NCBI GenBank assembly: GCA_964016885.1
Contig: OZ024748.1
Coordinates: 28,954,001 to 29,018,000, forward strand
From: Eledone cirrhosa
Taxonomy: Eukaryota
Length of the DNA: 64,000 nucleotides
Direction of reading: 5' to 3'
The position numbers and the translations under genes are program-made. Below the pieces are notes generated by a model. The model did no database searches. It saw nothing but the letters and a program-made list of their open reading frames with translations, and was not told where the DNA came from. This document shows positions 41,601 through 50,600 of the stretch, piece after piece (position 1 is the stretch's first letter; every line of letters begins with the position of its first letter).

Positions 41601-44600
41601 AAAAGCTATTCATCACTCAATAGAATCGACAAAAAATGAGCAATAAAATTAACTGGTGGATAGCTATGTCCAGAGCTAAAAATATTAGAAAGATCGAGTA
41701 TCGAAAAATCGGCGCACGAGTTCACGATAAACGAGATTCGACATGAACGGCAGAGGGCTCAATAATTCAGATGAATCAGAGCTATAACTATCGTTAAAAT
41801 ACCGTCACATATAGAACAAGTCTACAATCAACCATACGATTTAAAATCGATAGAGGAAGATTCGGGACAAACAGATAAAAAATATCAATAAAACAATACG
41901 TCAATAATTTAAATGAATGTAAAATCATACCCGGACCCACTAGACAGGTGTTAAATCTAGCTTCATGGGTTTCTGTAAATCCTTAGACTGTACTCTATCA
42001 GCTCACATATAAATATAAAAGCCTACTAGAGTAAGCGGGAACGGAGTTTTACTTTCTCAACGAGTTTTTTCCTGGCGGCAGAGGAGCCAACTACCAGTGA
42101 AAAACGCACATGGCATTAGACAAGGGAGATGACCCCTATATCCGCGAAAACAATTCGAGTGAATGTGGAAATACACATATCGAATTAGAGTGCTCAATAG
42201 ACATGTTAAAATAAAACAAAAGCTATTCATCACTCAATAGAATCGACAAAAAATGAGCAATAAAATTAACTGGTGGATAGCTATGTCCAGAGCTAAAAAT
42301 ATTAGAAAGATCGAGTATCGAAAAATCGGCGCACGAGTTCACGATAAACGAGATTCGACATGAACGGCAGAGGGCTCAATAATTCAGATGAATCAGAGCT
42401 ATAACTATCGTTAAAATACCGTCACATATAGAACAAGTCTACAATCAACCATACGATTTAAAATCGATAGAGGAAGATTCGGGACAAACAGATAAAAAAT
42501 ATCAATAAAACAATACGTCAATAATTTAAATGAATGTAAAATCATACCCGGACCCACTAGACAGGTGTTAAATCTAGCTTCATGGGTTTCTGTAAATCCT
42601 TAGACTGTACTCTATCAGCTCACATATAAATATAAAAGCCTACTAGAGTAAGCGGGAACGGAGTTTTACTTTCTCAACGAGTTTTTTCCTGGCGGCAGAG
42701 GAGCCAACTACCAGTGAAAAACGCACATGGCATTAGACAAGGGAGATGACCCCTATATCCGCGAAAACAATTCGAGTGAATGTGGAAATACACATATCGA
42801 ATTAGAGTGCTCAATAGACATGTTAAAATAAAACAAAAGCTATATATATATATAGACATAACTCAAGACAGGTTCAATGAGTCTCTAATGCTCACTACCT
42901 CCCAGAAACCCAACAGTGACTATAAAATGATTGCTGGCGATCTTAATGGTCATGTTGGACAACATTGTGATTGCTATGATGGTGTCCATGGAGGTTATAG
43001 GTTTGGTACTAGAAATGAGGAAGGCTTCAGGATCCTGGAATTCTGTGATGCAAATGATCTGACTATATGCAACACAAACTTCAAAAACGTTACAGCCATT
43101 TGATCACGTATAGATCAGGGGAGTACACCAGCCAGATAAACTTTATCCTTACTAGGAAATGAGACAAAGTGTCTGTTTTGAACACTAAGACCCTCCCTTG
43201 TGAAGAATGCTCCTCCCAGCATAATTTAATAGTAAATGATTTGATAGTCAGAACCAGACGCAATTGCTGGCAGAGAATACCTTAAGGAGACGATTATGCT
43301 AAAATGTTGAAGGTATCTGGAATGGTGGGACATACTATGGTCACCCTGATAGTAAACCAAGTAATACAGAATGGGGTCATACCAAATGACTAGCGAGGCA
43401 GCATCATCATCAACTGTTACAAGGGCAAAGGAGACGCCCTGGATAGAGGAAACTATAGGGGTATTAAATTAGTTGACCAAATCATAAAAGTCACAGAAAG
43501 AGTTATTACTCAACTGATTAGAGACCAAATTGATCTAGATGAAATGCAATTTGGGTTTGTGCCAGGTAAAAGTTCCACGGATGCTCTTTTCCTTGTACAG
43601 CAATTGCAGGAGAAGTACCTAGCTAACAGTAAACCCCTCTACTTAGCTTTTGTTGACCTGGAGAAGTCCTTTGACAGAGTCCCACGCACCTTAATCTGGT
43701 AGGCTCTTAGAAAACTAGGAGTGTAGGAGACACGGTGGCCATATAGGAGACATGGTGAAAAGGCTCCCAGTCCACACTGTAAATGTGGTTGGTGTTAGGA
43801 AGGGCCTCCTGTAAAAAAAACCTGCCAGAGACGCTTCCGTGTGAGCGAGACATGGTCTCCCGACCATTCCCGCATCAAATGGAACAAAACCGTCTAACCC
43901 ATGCTAGCGTGGAAGATGGACGTTAAACGATGATGATGATGACATACACACATACATAACATCCTAATTCCAACTTTAGGAGATTAGTATCGGTGTACAT
44001 ATAACATAAAAAAGACAGTAATACCGGTGTGTGTGTTATAATAAAGTTTTTACTTCATGGAAGTCAAAGGCATTAAATATTAAGGATTTGTTACCCGATG
44101 GTCATAACTCGAGGCTGAAGTTGGTAGAGAAAAGAAGAGATCTTTTCTAGCTGTTATTGACATCTTAGGCTCAGGCTGCAAGTTGCATTGTTCTTGGTAG
44201 CGAAGGGTCATCAAGAAGGAATCATCACAAGCTAAGGTCGCAGGTGTTACCACTTCAGGAATCAGGAGGCAAGAGAGAGATATCGTGGTAACCTGTTCCT
44301 TTTATAGGAATTGACCGGAAGTGACCAACAGGGAGTCTGTCAATCCCAAAGGGAAGCAACTCCAGCTACTTCCTGTCTAGAGAGCGGTGATGAGATTGTC
44401 ATGACAAGGGAGGCAACTCTTGCTACATTATCTCCCGCCAGATTTTTAAAACATAAAAATCGAAAGAAGCATGCAAGGAGTAAGATGGCGAGCATGTAAG
44501 AGGCATGAAAATTATGGTACAAAGTAATAAAAGTAAGAGAAGAGGTCAAAAGTTCAAATATCTAAAATACAGTTAACATGTGTGCAATCACATGACAGCA

Positions 44601-47600
44601 GTAAAGAATGTGTTCCAGAGAATGAATGCAGGTTTTTTCTGATCTGTGGTATAACATGAAATTTCCAACTTCCGAAGGGAATTTCTCACAGGCAGAGTGC
44701 TGCAGAAATAAATTGTCTGGCTTGTTCTGCTGGTTTTAGTTGTTGATGAAGCTGTGTTGTTGTTGATGTTGTGAATGCGTTGACCTGGAAGGGTCAAGAG
44801 GCCAGCGACCAGAGAAATAAGCATTCTTAATAAATGCGCGGTTTTCAACAGCAAATTTACGTGGTAAATTTATAAACCGGCAAATAGAAGAATATAGCTT
44901 AAAATGTTCGTTGTAAAGGAAACGAAAAACATATATATACATCCAGTGAAATGGTAATGATAAGGTGGGGCAGAAGGAGCAGGTGTATGCACAAGAGAGA
45001 AAGATTGGGGTATTTGTGGCTCGGGTGTATGAGCGTCATTGTGTGCCCTTTTCAGTCTATCCACCGAAATTGTCTCTCTGGACCCCTTAACGTCTACAGT
45101 GAAATGTTTGTCAGTGCGTGCTAACACACGGTAGGGTCCAGAGTATGGTTGTGTAAGGGGTGGTCTCACAGCATCGTTCCTTACGAACACATGGGTCCAC
45201 GAAGCAATGTCCCTCGGGACCTCAGGTTTTACTGTTTGCTTCCTCGTATCCATCGGCGGCAGGTCCTGAAAATAAGAACGCAGACGGGATACGTAGGAAA
45301 GCGGATCTTGGAAAGCAAGATCAACCGGGGCAAGCATTTGCCCAGGCAACGCTAGAGGAGCACCGTAAATTAATTCGGCCGGGGAGAACCCAAGGTCCTC
45401 CTTTATTGATGACCGAATTCCTAATAACACAATAGGAAGGTACTCGCTCCAACGTTGAGAGACTGGATAGGCGCAAAGAGCGGCCTTTAATTGGCAGTGG
45501 AATCGTTCCACCATTCCGTTTGAAGCAGGATGATAGGCTGTGGTCCGAATCCATTGAGCTTCAATTATTTTTGTGAACTCAGAGAAGAGATGGGACTCGA
45601 ATTGTCTACCGCGGTCTGTGGTGAGTGTAGTTGGTACCCCAAAGCGGGTAATCCACCCTGATACCAGGGCACGTGCTACAGTCTCAGCAGTCATATCTTG
45701 TAAAGGGATGGCTTCAGGCCATCGCGAAAAACGATCGACACACGTCAATATGTAAGAATATCCACTGCTGAATGGTCAAGTTCCAACGAGGTCAATGTGG
45801 ATGTGTTGAAACCGAGCATCTGGAGTACTGAAAGTACCAAGTGGAGTCCGGATGTGTCTATGGATCTTCGATTTCTGGCAAGCGATACAGGAACGGCACC
45901 AAGCAGCGATGTCGCGCCTCATATTTGGCCAGAAGAATCTGGCTGTTATGAGTTTAACTGTGGCAGCAGATCCTGGATGAGAAATGTTGTGCAAAGCCAG
46001 GAACACAATTCGACGGTGAGTCTCAGGAACAAGTGGTCGTGGTGCATCAGTAGATACATCACATAGAATCTGCCTGTCGGTGGTGGACAAGGGCAGATAT
46101 TTGAAAATGCAAGTCGCAAATTCAGTAGAAAGAGTGTCCAACGATTAGAGTGCAGGTTGGTCTGCAGCTAAACGACCTAAGTCGATCTCCTGGGATGACG
46201 AGATGGAGCTAATTGGCAAACGTGACAATGCGTCTGCAACTATGTTGTGCGAGCCGGCAATGTGCTGGATATCGTTTGTAAATTGTGAAACGTAGTCCAG
46301 GTGCCTTGTCTCTCTGGGCGAATATCTGTCGGCTTTGGCCCTCAAAGCGAAGGTCAACGGTTTGTGGTCGGTAAAAACCGTAAAATTTCTCCCCTCAAGA
46401 ATATGAGAGAAATGTTTCACCGACAGATATATTGCTAATAATTCCCGCCCAAACGTGCTATAACGCGTTTCTGCTGGTTTCAACTTCCTCGAGAAAAATG
46501 CCAAAGGTTGTTGGTTTTCAGCGTAAGACTGCTGTAAAACTGCTCCCACAGCGGTATCAGATGCATCAACACAAAGCGAAAGCTTGACCTCTGGTACCGG
46601 GTGGGCTAGCAAAGAAGAACTAGCGAGTGCTGTCTTGGCAGACTGGAAGTCCTGAAGCTGTCCTTGTGTCAAGGAAATGTCTTCATTCTTCTTACGACGA
46701 TTTTTTAAAATGTCAGTAAGGGAAGATAGCCAATTAGCACAATGAGGAATGAAACGCCTATAGAAATTGATTAGGCCTAAGAAGTGATGCAACTGGTGAA
46801 GTGTAGTAGGCGGAGGTAACTCCTGTATGGCTTGAACTCGCTGAGGGAGCGGCCTAATACCTTCGGCGTCGATGAGGTGGCCTAAAAAATGTAGGGAAGT
46901 GGAACCAAAAACACACTTTGCAGGATTCACGCGAACGCGGTAATCCTGAAGTCGCCGAAATAAGAGAAGCATGTGGCGCATATGCTCTTCCGGAGAGGAA
47001 CTAGCGACGAGAATATCGTCTGTAAGTATAAACAAAGTCCAGACCACGCGTAACCTCGTCTATTAACCACTGAAAAGTGCTAGCGGCGTTCCTGAGTCCG
47101 AAAGGCATGGTCAAAAATACGAATAATCCAAAAGGGATTGTAATCGCCGTTTTCGGAATATCCTCCTTCCTGACCGGAATTTGGTGGTAGGCTCGCACTA
47201 AATCTAACTTAGAAAAAATCTTACACCCCTGCAGTGAAAATGCAAAATCGTGGAGATGGGGAATGGGATACCTATCCGGGACGGTCATGGCATTTAACCT
47301 CCTATAATCCCCAGTGGGTCTCCAGTCGCCGGAAGTCTTGGGCACCATGTGTAACGGTGAAGCTCAAGGACTCGTAGATGGGCGTATAATGCCCAGCTGC
47401 AGCATATGGTCGAACTCGGACCGTGCTGCCTTTAATTTTTCCGTCGGTAAGCGGCGTGGACGCGAAAACACTGGGGCACCGGTGGTGGAAACAAAATGTT
47501 CGGTCGAGTGTGCTGGGTCAGTGACTCGAAAATTTCCATCCGTGAGCTCCGGGAAAGAACCCAGTAACGCATGGTAGGCGTCACCAGCGGCAGCGATAAA

Positions 47601-50600
47601 GAACACGGGGCTGACTATCGGAGCATTGGCTTCCTGGCCATGAATTGAAAAGCCGGTGATGTTTTCCACCAGGCGTTGGCCATGGACGTCCACAGTTAAA
47701 GAGAAGTTGTGGAGGAAATCCGCTCCTAAGATGGGATATGGCAAATCGGCAACCGTAAAAATCCACTTAAAATCCCTTCGAAGATTTAGGAATCTAAGAG
47801 GGAGCAAGATTTGCCTGTACGTCTTTATAGACCAGTGGTTAACTGTCTGCAGCGTAACAGATGACTCTATGGGGGTATCTTTCAGGCAATGGACCGGCCA
47901 AATACTACAGGAGGCTCCTGTATCCACGAGGAAACCTCTTCCGGACATTAGGTCCTTAATGAAGAAATGGCGGTTTGGTGACTTTATGTTGAGGTCAGCT
48001 GTCCCCATCAGTGAACCTCTTATGCGTTTCCCGCCTTATGAAAGGAGCAAGGTTGCACGCAGTGATTCGCGTTCTCAGCAAATCGCTCGTGGTACCAGCA
48101 TAGAGATGAAGCTGGTGATTTAGAACGCCGTCTAAAACCTTGCGATCTCCCGCGACTGCGGGGGCGCGAACAGCCACCACACAAGGCCTTCATCTTGTGG
48201 AGCTCTATGTTGAGCTCCTGAATGGACCTTTGCATCGTTATAATGGTCGAGCTGTCTGTTGGCGCTGCCGCGTAGATCACATGGCCGTGTGTGACCCGAG
48301 CTGGGTGGTGAACAGCGGCAAGGGGGTCGCTGCCTCCGGCATTCGTCACCTCGAAAATTTTGTCCGCAGATGAGGCAAGCTGATCCACCGTGCTTGTATC
48401 CCTCATGGGGGCCGAAATTGCCTGTACGTTGGTCGGCAGGCGCGAAAAGAACAACTGCTTCAGCAGGACAGTTTCCGCTGCAGACCCTTCCGTTAGGTCC
48501 TTCATTCGCCTAAGGAGGTTTGATGGGGTGCCATCCCCTATATGCTCCAGATGGACCAGAGCCCTAAATCTCTTTTCTGAAGACTGTTCTGTCTGGCTGA
48601 GTATTTCAGCCTTCAGAGACGTGTACGATGAGTCTGTAGTTGCCTCTAACACGAGGTCCTTAACCGCTGGGAGAATTGCCGGCGGAATTGCGCTAAGGAC
48701 CACAGAATGTTGTAGTTGCTCGTCAACTCTGTTCGCCCTGAAGAATGCTTGTAACTGTGAGAACCATAGCCTCACGTCGCCCGTGTACGTTGGCAGAACT
48801 GAGTGGGAAGCCATTGGTATACCATTTGGAAAAATGTCTCTAACGTAACAGAAAAGGAAAACAAAATTTTTCCGTCAGACCACTGGACCGTAAAAATAAT
48901 GCATCCGGGACAATATGCAAACAAGCGATTAAGTGAATGCTGTTATACTAAGGTAAGGGCAAGAAACCTAAAAAAAAAATCCAACATGGCGGACCATTTC
49001 AGGCCAAAAACACTATTGATGGAGAAGAGAGACTCCATCTTGTCATCCTCAAAAATTTTTAGCCAGAGATGAGAAGGGCAGAAAAGGAGAGAAAAAAAAA
49101 AGGCAAAAACATTTATACAATTGCTGTTTGTCTGTGTGTCAATAATTATAGGTGCTCGTTTTGTATTAAATTGTTATATTTTTCTCTTTTTATTCTGTCT
49201 CTCTCTTTTTTTTTTTTTCTACATTATATTATATACACCGTATACCATTTCCCATTCTTTTTTTTATTTTTTTTTAAATCACGTCGGGGGTCACCAATTT
49301 AGGAGATTAGTATCGGTGTACACATAACATAAAAAAGACAGTAAATACCGGTGTGTGTGTTATAATAAAGTTTTTACTTCATGGAAGTCAAAGGCATTAA
49401 ATATTAAGGATTTGTTACCCGATGGTCATAACTCGAGCCTGAAGTTGGTAGAGAAAAGAAGAGATCTTTTCTAGCTGTTATTGACATCTTAGGCTCAGGC
49501 TGCAAGTTGCATTGTTCTTGGTAACGAAGGGTCATCAAGAAGGAATCATCACAAGCTAAGGTCGCAGGTGTTACCACTTCAGGAATCAGGAGGCAAGAGA
49601 GAGATATCGTGGTAACCTGTTCCTTTTATAGCAATTGACCGGAAGTGACCAACAGGATGTCTGTCAATCCCAAAGGGAAGCAACTCCAGCTACTTCCTGT
49701 CTAGAGAGCGGTGATGAGATTGTCATGACAAGGGAGGCAACTCTTGCTACACATCCAATTTGCAGAGTTTACTGGCTGTATTCCATCATGCTACATACAT
49801 TAGTGAGGTTGTCTTGTCAACAGCAGGCTAAAAGGTACCTTCCCACTCCATGTAGTCTCCAATCTCTCACTAATTTTACTGTTATTGTTGCCATCCTTGT
49901 ACCAGTGGACCTTCATCACAATCCTGTGTCATTCCTTGACAATGTTCAGGAGATTATTCTTCACAAATTCCTCACATGTCTTACATAGTCTCTCTTTTTC
50001 ATGTGTTCTATTTATTTTAAACATTCAACACTTTTTTTTATACAACCCTTGCCCTCCTTCCACATCACATGCCTGTACCAACACTAAATCCCATTCCACT
50101 TCTACTCAGCTTTTCTCTCAGCTCTCTTCTGCTCTATCATTCAGGCACACTTACATTTAACATGCAATCATCATCATTTCATCATCTCATTTTACGTCCG
50201 CTTTTTCCCTGCTTGCAAGGGTGGGACGGGAACTGATGCTGGCTTGATTTCTACAGCTGGATGCCCTTCCTAACACCAACCTCATTTACAGTGAGTGCTG
50301 GGTGCTTTTTTGCCGTGGCACCTCCACGACCACTTTGTAGTGGAATGATATGGACCCCAGTCCCTATCATCTCATTTCTACAGCTGAGTAAACTGGAGCA
50401 ATGTGATATAAAGTGTCATGCTCAAGGAAACAACACATCACCCGGTCTGAGAATTGAATTCACAATCATTCAATTGCAAGGCCAATGCTCTAATCACTAA
50501 GCCATGTGCTTCCAATGAATGTGTACATCTTTATATGTACATCTATATTTGTTTATATGTATTTATACGTATACATGGATAAAGCAAGTTTTGGAGTTGT

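Larger units (their letters stand above)
43975..49751 (-). mobile_element. Full-length Ty3/Gypsy LTR retrotransposon (gag-PR-RT-RH-IN) with several frameshifts
   Basis: LTRs at 43975-44427 and 49298-49751 differ by about 6 substitutions plus 1 indel by eye. gag 48020..48814; PR LVDTGA; RT DYRRLN/MPFGL/TDD; RNase H DAS…ELLA…TDHKPL; IN HxxxxxxH/Cxx[19 protein letters not shown] and PYSGPY. Confidence 0.95.

Noticed and set aside
38601-42842. CRISPR array, rDNA or tRNA/snRNA gene cluster as an explanation for the 617-bp array
   Set aside because: There are no unique spacers, no recognisable rRNA/tRNA/snRNA sequence and no convincing Pol III A/B box pair.
44588-44854. Extra ORF between integrase and the 3' LTR (env-like?)
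   Set aside because: It is only 88 aa, starts at a non-ATG codon and shows no recognisable fusion-protein features.
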